Shown: positions 55,814 to 64,000 of the stretch, in pieces
How the letters are laid out: each line of letters begins with the position of its first letter
Numbering within the stretch: position 1 is the stretch's first letter
Source of the DNA: Cytophagales bacterium
GTDB taxonomy: Bacteria > Bacteroidota > Bacteroidia > Cytophagales > JAAEPT01
Direction of reading: 5' to 3'
Assembly (NCBI GenBank): GCA_024232295.1
Contig: JAAEPT010000129.1
Location: 3,769 to 67,768 of the forward strand
DNA length: 64,000 nucleotides
Notes under the pieces: model-generated
Told to the model about the DNA's origin: nothing
The model's input: the letters and a program-made list of their open reading frames with translations, nothing else
Database searches by the model: none
Made by a program: the position numbers and the translations under genes

Positions 55814-57589
55814 ATGAGAGTATTATTTTTCAGTATCCTACTATTACTTTCTTGGTCAATACAAGCACAACAAAAACAATGTTTTGAAGCAATAGAAACA
55901 GTAGGTTGTGCTCCTTTTACTGTTCGCCTTACAAATTGTGGAGAAAGCAAAAATCCAATTTATATTTTTGATGGTGAAGCAAATGATTTGTCAAAGGCAA
56001 TACAAGATACTTTCTTTACTTATACAGAAGCTGGTATCTATGATATTCATCAGTTAGTAGGAACAACTACTATAGAAACTTTTACAAAAACACAATACAT
56101 TCGAGTAGTAGATAACCCCACTCCTGCTTTTGAAACATATAGCTGTGAAGGAAGAAAAGTCACAGTAGAAATTACAGAGAATTACTATGATGAGTATATT
56201 ATTGATTTTGGTGATGGTTCTGAAAATGTGACCATTGAAGGAAATTCAAGCCATACCCATACTTATTCAGATACTTTAATTAAAACCATAACAGTAAGGG
56301 GGAATTATGAAGAAGTAATTTGTGATAATAGTGTAAGTAAAGAGGTTTTACCCATCACAAAATTGATTGCTCCTACCATTCTTTTTGCAAAAAACAATGA
56401 TAATCAAACGTTAGAAACAGAGCTATTTGGAGTATCTTATTTATCTTATGCTTCCAGCATAGATTCTTTTTCTTTGGATGGTAGCTTTACACACATTACC
56501 CCAATTGATAGTAGAGAATGTGTTTACTTTTCAGGCTATGATGTTTGTGGTAATCAAGACATCAGTGATTCGATTTGTGCGTTTTCTTTGGAAAGTGAAA
56601 GTATTAATAATGAAATAAAATTAACATGGGATGATTATCCTCAAAGTAAAAACTTAATCAATTATGAGGTTTATCGTGATGGAGAAAAACTAGCAGAAAC
56701 CAATACAACCTCTTTTGTTGATACAGAAATTAGTTGTGGCACAAACTACAATTATGAAATTAGAACCATACTTACTACTGGTTTTTATAGTATATCAAAT
56801 TCAACTTCACTGCAAGCAATTTCCACAGATACTCCTCCTCAAGTCACAAATTTAATTTCAACTTATCAAGATAACTCAATTTTAGTTTCTTGGGATACAC
56901 TCAAAACAGCAGAAACAATTCGAATTCATCAACAAGAGTCTATTTTAACAACAGAAGATAAAAGTCAATTTCTTGATAATAATATCACTAATACAATTTC
57001 TTGCTACAAGATTTCTTACACAGATATTTGTGGAAACTTATCAGATACAAGTTCTCAAACATGTCCTAGTCTGCTAACTAAAAGTGTTACTTCAGAAGGG
57101 ATTGAACTTATTTGGAATCCTTACATCGGAACAGAAAATATCAACTACACACTTTATTGGTTGGACGAAGAAGGAAGTATTTTAAAAAGTAATGAATTAA
57201 GCACAGAAACATCATTTTTAGATAATGAGTGGATCGATTCCCAAGAGTACTTTTATCAAATAGCTGTTGATGTTAATGATCAAGAGTTTAGTTATTCTAA
57301 TTTAGTAAAACATAGACAGAATAGTCGTGTTTATTTTCCGACAGCCTTCTCTCCTAACAATAATGGGGAAAATGATGTATTTCGTCCAATTGGAAGTTTT
57401 ATCCAAACCTATACAATTACTATTTATAATCAAGAAGGCACCCTCATCTATCAAGGAACAGATGAAGGATGGGATGGAAAATACAAGCAAAAATTAGCTC
57501 CCATAGGAGTTTATGTGTATTTTGCTGAAATTTTGGACGAAGAAAATCAAAAGATTCAAAAACAGGGAACAATCACAATTGTCCCTTAA
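55814..57589 (+). CDS. T9SS type B (gliding-motility CTD) cargo with PKD/FN3-like domains
   Basis: Signal peptide from MRVLFF; GCAPFTV; IDFGDG (PKD); C-terminal FPTAFSPNNNGENDVFRP...GWDGKY...GVYVY...QGTITIVP. Confidence 0.9.
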   Translation: MRVLFFSILLLLSWSIQAQQKQCFEAIETVGCAPFTVRLTNCGESKNPIYIFDGEANDLSKAIQDTFFTYTEAGIYDIHQLVGTTTIETFTKTQYIRVVDNPTPAFETYSCEGRKVTVEITENYYDEYIIDFGDGSENVTIEGNSSHTHTYSDTLIKTITVRGNYEEVICDNSVSKEVLPITKLIAPTILFAKNNDNQTLETELFGVSYLSYASSIDSFSLDGSFTHITPIDSRECVYFSGYDVCGNQDISDSICAFSLESESINNEIKLTWDDYPQSKNLINYEVYRDGEKLAETNTTSFVDTEISCGTNYNYEIRTILTTGFYSISNSTSLQAISTDTPPQVTNLISTYQDNSILVSWDTLKTAETIRIHQQESILTTEDKSQFLDNNITNTISCYKISYTDICGNLSDTSSQTCPSLLTKSVTSEGIELIWNPYIGTENINYTLYWLDEEGSILKSNELSTETSFLDNEWIDSQEYFYQIAVDVNDQEFSYSNLVKHRQNSRVYFPTAFSPNNNGENDVFRPIGSFIQTYTITIYNQEGTLIYQGTDEGWDGKYKQKLAPIGVYVYFAEILDEENQKIQKQGTITIVP

Positions 57590-57601
57590 AATAATACGCT
57601 T

Positions 57602-57928
57602 ATGTTTGATATGAACAACATTATGGGCAAAGTGCAAGAAGCCCAAGCAAATTTACAAAAGGCACAAGCAGAGTTGGTGAATGAGACAACATCAGCAGAA
57701 TCTGGAGCAGGAATGGTCAAAGTAACTGTAAATGGACACAGACAGCTTATTGACTTAGAAATTGATCCTGCTCTTCTTAAAAAAGAAGATCAAGAAATGG
57801 TACAAGACTTAGTAATTGCTGCTACAAACAAAGCCATGGAACAAATTGAAGTTCAAATCAAAGAAAAATTAAGAGAGAGTACAAACGGATTAATTCCAAA
57901 CATCCCTGGAATGAACTTTGGATTCTAA
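57602..57928 (+). CDS. ebfC: YbaB/EbfC nucleoid-associated protein
   Basis: SGAGMVKVTVNG, IDPALL, DLVIAATNKA. Confidence 0.95.
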   Translation: MFDMNNIMGKVQEAQANLQKAQAELVNETTSAESGAGMVKVTVNGHRQLIDLEIDPALLKKEDQEMVQDLVIAATNKAMEQIEVQIKEKLRESTNGLIPNIPGMNFGF

Positions 57929-57939
57929 AAAAAAACTAC

Positions 57940-58962
57940 ATGAAAGATATTGCAATTGTCATTCTAAATTGGAATGGAAAAAAACACTTGGAGGAATTTC
58001 TTCCAAGTGTTATAAAACATAGCGAAGATGCTAGAATTATTGTTGCAGACAATGGCTCTACTGATGATTCCATTCATTTTTTGACCAATAGCTTTCCCTC
58101 TGTAGAAATCATTAAACTATCAGAAAACTTCGGCTTTTGTGGAGGTTATAATCGAGCTTTACAACAAGTAGATTCCAAATACTATGTGATTCTAAATTCT
58201 GATGTAGAAGTTACCCAAAATTGGCTTTCTCCTTTACATCAATTATTAGAAAACAATCAAAATAATGCTGCATGTCAACCTAAAATCAAAGCTTATGAAA
58301 ATAAGGAATACTTTGAACATGCTGGAGCTGCAGGTGGCTTTATTGATTATTTAGGTTATCCATTTTGTAGAGGACGAATTTTTGAAGAAGTTGAAAAAGA
58401 TACCGGACAATACAATGAGACCATTCCTATTTTTTGGGCAACAGGAGCCTGTTTATTTATTCGTTCAGAAATATTTCATGAACTAGGAGGTTTTGAAGAA
58501 GATTTTTTTGCCCACATGGAAGAAATAGATCTTTGTTGGAGAATTAAAAATACTGGCAAAGAAATTTATTATGTAGGAGCGAGTGAAGTTTTTCATTTAG
58601 GAGGAGGAACACTACATAAAAGTAATCCTCACAAAACGTTTCTTAATTATCGTAATGGATTAGTTTTATTAATCAAAAACACTCATTCATCAAAACTCAT
58701 CTCAACAGTATTTTTTAGGATGGTATTAGATGGTATATCTGCTGTTTTCTTTCTACTCAAAGGATTTCCTAAAGACTCTTGGGCTGTGTTCATGTCACAC
58801 ATGAATTTATATCGATATTTGAAAAAGTGGAGTTCCAAACGAAAAAATAATACAGCCAAACCACAGGAGACACATCCAGAAATTTCTCAAAAATCAATTG
58901 TTTTTCAGCACTTTCTATCTGAAAAACGAATATTTAAGGATATTTTTGAGTCAAAAAAATAA
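57940..58962 (+). CDS. GT2 glycosyltransferase (rhamnosyltransferase-like)
   Basis: ILNWNG, DNGSTD, GFCGGYN, LNSDVEV, WATGACL, HMEEIDLCWR, HLGGG. Confidence 0.93.
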   Translation: MKDIAIVILNWNGKKHLEEFLPSVIKHSEDARIIVADNGSTDDSIHFLTNSFPSVEIIKLSENFGFCGGYNRALQQVDSKYYVILNSDVEVTQNWLSPLHQLLENNQNNAACQPKIKAYENKEYFEHAGAAGGFIDYLGYPFCRGRIFEEVEKDTGQYNETIPIFWATGACLFIRSEIFHELGGFEEDFFAHMEEIDLCWRIKNTGKEIYYVGASEVFHLGGGTLHKSNPHKTFLNYRNGLVLLIKNTHSSKLISTVFFRMVLDGISAVFFLLKGFPKDSWAVFMSHMNLYRYLKKWSSKRKNNTAKPQETHPEISQKSIVFQHFLSEKRIFKDIFESKK

Positions 58963-59089
58963 CCGATACCCACAAAAAACAAAAAAGTTTCGTTTTTCTT
59001 AAAAAAAGTTAAAACTTTATTGTAATAATCACATCAAACAAATAAATTCGCCAAATAGACATTAATTACGCTTGACTAAAAATTAGACA

Positions 59090-60889
59090 ATGGGCTTAAA
59101 TAAAAAAATTGTAATCTCTGCTACAGCAGCAGGATTAGTTGCTTTATCTGGTTGTAACAATATGAGTCAGATGGTAAAAATGGCCGAGGAACAAGAACTA
59201 AAAGCCACTCCATCTCCACTAGAACTGCATGGTGATTCTGTAATCTTCACATTAAGTGCGAAATTACCAACAAAAATGTTGAAGAAAAACAGATTGTATA
59301 CACTAAAAGCATCTTATGACTACGGTGATACAACTGATTTTGATCATGTACAATTTACAGAAACTGAATTCCCTAACCAAGATGTAGAAGAGCCAAGTCT
59401 AGAGCGTAGATTTAGTTTCTATTATTCTACTCCAGAAATGGATGAAGGAGAATTGTCTTTGATTGGTATTGCTTCTAACTTAGAAAAAACAAAATTCAAA
59501 GAAACTCCTAAGTATGTTGTTACACAAGGTTTGATTACAACTTCTCGTTTGGCTAAAAATTCTTATGAAGTATTTTATGCTGAGCATGGATACGATAATT
59601 CAGAAGAATTAATTCCTACACGTGTTAAGTTCAACTTTGACAAAGGAAGACATACTTTAAAGAACTCAGAAATTGAGGGAGCAGATGGTAAAGAATTAGT
59701 AGCATTCATTGCTTCTAAAAATAAAACAAAAACAGTTACAATTATTGGTTCTCACTCTCCTGAAGGATTAGAGAGTATCAACTCAAAGTTAGCTGAAAAA
59801 CGTGCTGAAGTAATCAAAAATTTCTATTCTAAGAAAATGAAATTGTATGATTACAAAGGATTAGCTGATAGCATTAAATTTGAAGTAAAAGCAATCTTCC
59901 AAAACTGGGATGCTTTCAAAAAAGCAGTAGAAGCTAATGAAAATTTAAGCAGTGAAGATAAAACACAAATCAACTCTATCATTTCTGGTAGTGGAGATTT
60001 TGTGGAACAAGAAAAGCAATTAGCTAAACTTCCTTGTTATAAAACGTTAACTTCAGAGATCTATCCTTCTTTACGTACTTCAAAAACTGAGATTTGGAGT
60101 GTAAAGCCTAAGAAAACTGATGCTGAAATTAGCATCTTAGCAAATAGTATTGCAAAAGGAACAATCTCTGCTGATACACTTTCTTTTAAAGAATTGATGT
60201 ACTCTGCAACTTTAACTCCTTCATTGGATGATAAAGAAGCAATTTATACTGCGGCTACAAAACAAGGTCAAAAGTGGGAAGCAAATAACAACTTAGGAGC
60301 TGTTATCTTAGAAAAAGCATTAAAGGCACCTAAAACGCAAAGAAAACCATTATTTGAGAAAGCTTTAGTTCAATTTGAGCAAGCAAACACAAAACAAGAG
60401 ACTGCAATTGCATCTCACCATATTGGTGTTTGTAAAATGTTCTTAGGAGATAGAGAAGCTGCTATTGAAGCATTCACAAAAGCTTCTGAGTTAGGAAGCA
60501 ACAATACAGAGCTAGTAAAAGCAATTAGTGGAGGAAAAGGAGCATTAGAAATCCGTTATGGTAATTATGCTTCTGCTGTTAGTGATCTATCAAATGCTGG
60601 TAGTGATGTTGATAATGCTTTATTCAACTTAGGATTGACTTACTTATTACAAAAGAAATTTTCTCAAGCTGAGCAAACATTAGAAGGAGCTATTTATGTA
60701 AATAAAGAAGATGCTTTGGCTCACTATTGTTTAGCGATTGTAGGAGCAAGAACAAACAGAGCAGATATGGTTGCTTTGAAATTAGCTCAAGCAATCAAGT
60801 TAGATCCATCTTTAAAAGAAAAGGCAATCAAAGACTTAGAATTCGCTTCTTTCAAAGAAACTGAAGCATTCAAACAAGCAGTAAAATAA
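59090..60889 (+). CDS. Lipoprotein with OmpA-like central domain and C-terminal TPRs
   Basis: Lipobox LSGC; NFDKGRHTL, SHSPEG, LAEKRA (OmpA-like); TPR-like ANNNLG, LFNLGL, AHYCLAIVGAR. Confidence 0.85.
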   Translation: MGLNKKIVISATAAGLVALSGCNNMSQMVKMAEEQELKATPSPLELHGDSVIFTLSAKLPTKMLKKNRLYTLKASYDYGDTTDFDHVQFTETEFPNQDVEEPSLERRFSFYYSTPEMDEGELSLIGIASNLEKTKFKETPKYVVTQGLITTSRLAKNSYEVFYAEHGYDNSEELIPTRVKFNFDKGRHTLKNSEIEGADGKELVAFIASKNKTKTVTIIGSHSPEGLESINSKLAEKRAEVIKNFYSKKMKLYDYKGLADSIKFEVKAIFQNWDAFKKAVEANENLSSEDKTQINSIISGSGDFVEQEKQLAKLPCYKTLTSEIYPSLRTSKTEIWSVKPKKTDAEISILANSIAKGTISADTLSFKELMYSATLTPSLDDKEAIYTAATKQGQKWEANNNLGAVILEKALKAPKTQRKPLFEKALVQFEQANTKQETAIASHHIGVCKMFLGDREAAIEAFTKASELGSNNTELVKAISGGKGALEIRYGNYASAVSDLSNAGSDVDNALFNLGLTYLLQKKFSQAEQTLEGAIYVNKEDALAHYCLAIVGARTNRADMVALKLAQAIKLDPSLKEKAIKDLEFASFKETEAFKQAVK

Positions 60890-60917
60890 GCCTTTTTAGC
60901 AAGCAAATTATATCAAG

Positions 60918-60949
60918 AAAGCCTACTCAATATTGAGTAGGCTTTTTTT
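60918..60949 (+). terminator. Intrinsic terminator
   Basis: Palindrome AAAGCCTACTCAAT/ATTGAGTAGGCTTT followed by a T-run. Confidence 0.9.
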
Positions 60950-61006
60950 GTAAAATCCCTTTCTTCTTATTACTTTTACAAGGATAATCCTAATAAAGAA
61001 TCAATC

Positions 61007-61984
61007 ATGAGAGAAATACAATTTAGAGAAGCTCTTCGTGAGGCCATGAACGAAGAAATGAGACGTGATGAAAACGTCTTTCTTATGGGTGAAGAAGTAG
61101 CTGAATATAATGGAGCCTACAAGGTAAGTCTTGGTATGCTTGACGAGTTTGGACCAAAGAGAGTATTGGATACCCCTATTGCTGAATTAGGATTCTGTGG
61201 TATTGGTATTGGAGCAAGTATGAACGAGCTTCGTCCTATTGTTGAGTTAATGACTTTTAACTTTTCTTTGGTTGCTATTGATCAAATTATCAACAGTGCT
61301 GCAAAGATGAAATCTATGTCTGGTGGTCAATACAATTGTCCAATTGTATTTAGAGGACCAACAGGTAATGCAGGTATGTTAAGTTCTCAGCACTCTCAAA
61401 ACTTTGATAGCTGGTTCGCAAACACTCCTGGATTAAAAGTAGTAGTTCCTTCAAATCCTGCTGATGCGAAAGGGTTATTAAAGTCTGCAATTCGTGATAA
61501 TGACCCTGTTATTTTCATGGAATCAGAAGTAATGTATGGAGACAAAGGTGAAGTTCCTGAAGGTGAATACTTAATTCCATTAGGAGTTGCTGATGTTGTA
61601 AAAGAAGGTACTGATGTTACAATCGTTTCTTATGGTAAATTTGTAAAAATTGCGAAAGAAGCTGTAGCTCAATTAACAAAAGAAGGTATCAATGCTGAGT
61701 TAATTGATTTACGTACAATTCGTCCATTAGATTACGAAACAATCGTAAACTCTGTAAAGAAAACAAACAGATTAGTCATTTTAGAAGAAGCATGGCCAAT
61801 TGCTGCAATGTCTTCTGAAATTTCTTACCACGTTTCTAAATATGCATTTGATTACTTAGATGCACCAGTTCATCGTGTAAACTGTAAGGATGTACCTCTT
61901 CCTTATGCTCCTACACTAATTGATGCAGCATTACCAAATGTAGAAAAATTAATCACTGAAGTAAAAGCTGTGCTATACAAATAG
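61007..61984 (+). CDS. pdhB: Pyruvate dehydrogenase E1 beta subunit
   Basis: MGEEVAEYNGAYKV, DTPIAE, CPIVFRGP, SQHSQ, IDLRTIRPLD, DVPLPYA. Confidence 0.97.
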   Translation: MREIQFREALREAMNEEMRRDENVFLMGEEVAEYNGAYKVSLGMLDEFGPKRVLDTPIAELGFCGIGIGASMNELRPIVELMTFNFSLVAIDQIINSAAKMKSMSGGQYNCPIVFRGPTGNAGMLSSQHSQNFDSWFANTPGLKVVVPSNPADAKGLLKSAIRDNDPVIFMESEVMYGDKGEVPEGEYLIPLGVADVVKEGTDVTIVSYGKFVKIAKEAVAQLTKEGINAELIDLRTIRPLDYETIVNSVKKTNRLVILEEAWPIAAMSSEISYHVSKYAFDYLDAPVHRVNCKDVPLPYAPTLIDAALPNVEKLITEVKAVLYK

Positions 61985-62007
61985 TCATATAACTCAGTCA
62001 CAATATC

Positions 62008-62041
62008 AAAAGCCCTTGCATTTATTTGTAGGGGCTTTTTT
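62008..62041 (+). terminator. Intrinsic terminator of pdhB
   Basis: AAAAGCCCTTGCA...TGTAGGGGCTTTTTT. Confidence 0.85.
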
Positions 62042-62173
62042 GTTTAAAAATAATATTTCTCTCATATTGTTATCCATCTTTTTATATTCAGAATAATATT
62101 AGTAACATAAATCATAACAAAACTTAAATTTCATTAAAATACAATTTAGTCAATCTATTGACATTAAGTTAGA

Positions 62174-63223
62174 ATGAAGAACTCTCTAATTTTTATATTA
62201 ATCACCTTGATTTGCAGTTCAATTTATGGACAAACAAGATTGATTTCATACCCAATAAACATTCCAGTTCAAGATAGTTTGGAAGTCTCATTAACTGATA
62301 TTGAAAAATCAGACTACACTTTTTATTTTCGACTTTTATTAGGTGGACAAATAGTTGATATATACAGTCAAGATAATCAAACTTATGAGGGAAAAATCAT
62401 CAACTTAATTAAATAATATAACCGAATAGAAATTGAAGATGAGTACCAAACAAAAGCTACAAAACTGTATACTGAAAATGTACTAATTGAAAATTCAAAA
62501 GCAACTTCTTTAGCCCATCACATCATTAAATCTAGTCAGATGTCAATCCCAACTGATACCTTAATTGAAACTTGGAAAAAATGGTATCTACATTGTGGAA
62601 GTCTACAGTTTGAAATAAAGGATGATACAAAGTATTTCACACAGTCATTTCATTGCCCTTGGAGTCAACCAGATTCTGTTGAATTTAAGGAGGTGATTCT
62701 TTCAAATTATAACTTATTGAGTCAAGAACTTAATTTGGATAGTATTTATCAAAGTTTTTGATCACGGCTTCCAAAAGGTAACACATATTCTCAAAGTGGG
62801 TATAGAATGACATATATACTGACAGATGACCAAGAAGCAGCTTGGAACAAAGACAAATCTAGAAGAGAATATCTAAAATCAATTAAAGATACAGTTTACA
62901 AGTATTTAAGCTTCAAAATTGATAGTCTTCAAGCTACTTTTGACTTTGCAAATTACACTTGTTGTGATAGCTATTATCTGACTTTTGGAAAAAATGGAAA
63001 ACTTAAAAACATTGAGATTAGCCCCTATGTAAAGTCAAAAATAAGTGATGGACTAGTTTTGTATGTAGAAGATAGAATTAAAATCAGAAGATGTAAGAGG
63101 CAGATTAAAAGAATATTCAAAAAGATAAATCTTAGTACCTTTAATTTAAACCATGAGGTTTATAGAACATTCAATTTTAGTTTAGATAATGAATGGATAA
63201 TAACAGATAACACAATTTATTAA
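62174..63223 (+). pseudogene. Secreted hypothetical protein gene interrupted by two in-frame stops
   Basis: Track ORFs 62174..62416, 62540..62761 and 62807..63223 share one frame; the only breaks are TAA 62414-62416 and TGA 62759-62761. Confidence 0.8.
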
Positions 63224-63688
63224 AATAACGTGAGCTAAGGATTAGAGTAAAAATAAAGGATTGATTTATAGATATTTGTAATTTTAAGACACTATCCATT
63301 AAAGTGTGTAAGTAAAATTACACTCTTATTTTCAGAGTTTAACCCTATTCTCAAATATTATTAAAAATTGATTTAAAATCAAGCTCCAATTATGAGTGGG
63401 TATTGTTCATTTTTTAGTTGCTTTGTTTACTGCAAGATAAACAGATTTTAAAACAGCTTGGTATGTTGGAAAGTTTTTAGATATTGGATTGATTTGAAGT
63501 CAGCAAAAAATGCATCTGAAAAAGCAATGAAATCAGAAAAATTAATTCCAATTTTTAGTACAATAGACCAAAATGAAATTATATTTCAACACTTTGAAAT
63601 ATTCAATAAAATAGAAAAATAAGATATAATAAAAAATGGATTGACCTTAATAAAAGTCAATCCATTTTTTACTAATATTTAAAAAATC

Positions 63689-64000
63689 TTACTCTTTAAT
63701 CACTTTAAAACTGTAATAATCTTCATCATCATACACAGACAATAAATACATTCCAGCTTTCTGAGCCTCTAAATTAATAACTTCTGTATTAGATTTAATT
63801 TCACCTGATGTTATTTCATTACCCAAAACATCAATGATAAAATAAGTCATTCCTTGCGAATTATTAACAGAAATATTACCTGAAGTTGGGTTAGGATATA
63901 CATTAATCACTGTATTTAGTTCAGCCACATCATTTGTAATAACTAAATTTTGATCATTATAAGCCTGCTGAATATCTATTGAAGAAGGAATTTTTGCAGT
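63689..64000 (-). CDS. C-terminus of a T9SS type A cargo protein (partial, enters from the right edge)
   Basis: Frame is open from 64000 (TAKIPSSIDIQQAY...); VYPNPTSG...GMYLLSV...SFKVIKE is the Por secretion tail. Confidence 0.92.
   Translation of the reverse strand, partial: TAKIPSSIDIQQAYNDQNLVITNDVAELNTVINVYPNPTSGNISVNNSQGMTYFIIDVLGNEITSGEIKSNTEVINLEAQKAGMYLLSVYDDEDYYSFKVIKE

Noticed and set aside
62759-62761. TGA recoded as Trp or Sec
   Set aside because: TGA terminates intact genes in this window (4427-4429, 32800-32802, 49821-49823), and the same frame also has a TAA.
1-64000. Remaining 60-120 aa track ORFs nested in or antisense to long genes; prophage, IS, integron, rRNA, tRNA, riboswitch
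   Set aside because: Nested ORFs lack motifs and are expected by chance. No integrase, transposase, phage structural or RNA-gene signature was recognised by eye; a covariance-model scan was not possible.

Overview
AT-rich Bacteroidota chromosome segment, probably Cytophagales. This assignment rests on T9SS C-terminal domains, TAnnTTTG promoter elements and the bamD-rpoZ-coaCB-DUF4835-recN cluster. Most of the window is housekeeping or envelope genes: mdh, tilS, bamD, rpoZ, coaC/coaB, recN, fabI, surE, ribBA, dnaG, hisS, ebfC, pdhB and glycosyltransferases. I saw no rRNA, tRNA, CRISPR array, integrase or transposase. Best candidates for new biology: (1) two tandem paralogous ~140-nt non-coding units at 20317-20777, each with paired LytTR-type boxes, an identically spaced promoter element, shared GU-rich motifs and its own terminator; (2) a Cys/His-rich leader ORF ending in FHPP in front of an mbnH-mbnP-mbnH-beta-barrel copper-handling operon; (3) an AidH-like hydrolase coupled to a PAS-LuxR regulator, divergent from an operon of three unusual surface proteins (UVR-repeat barrel protein, FN3/double-barrel protein, FISUMP lipoprotein), with a second PAS-LuxR paralog ~46 kb away; (4) a small Sm/Hfq-like-fold protein coupled to recN; (5) a solo Cas4/AddB-like Fe-S nuclease fused to an RNase H-like domain; (6) an inverted-domain photolyase cluster. 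Two disrupted genes and three genes absent or truncated in the ORF track were also found. All family assignments come from motif recognition; no database searches were run.
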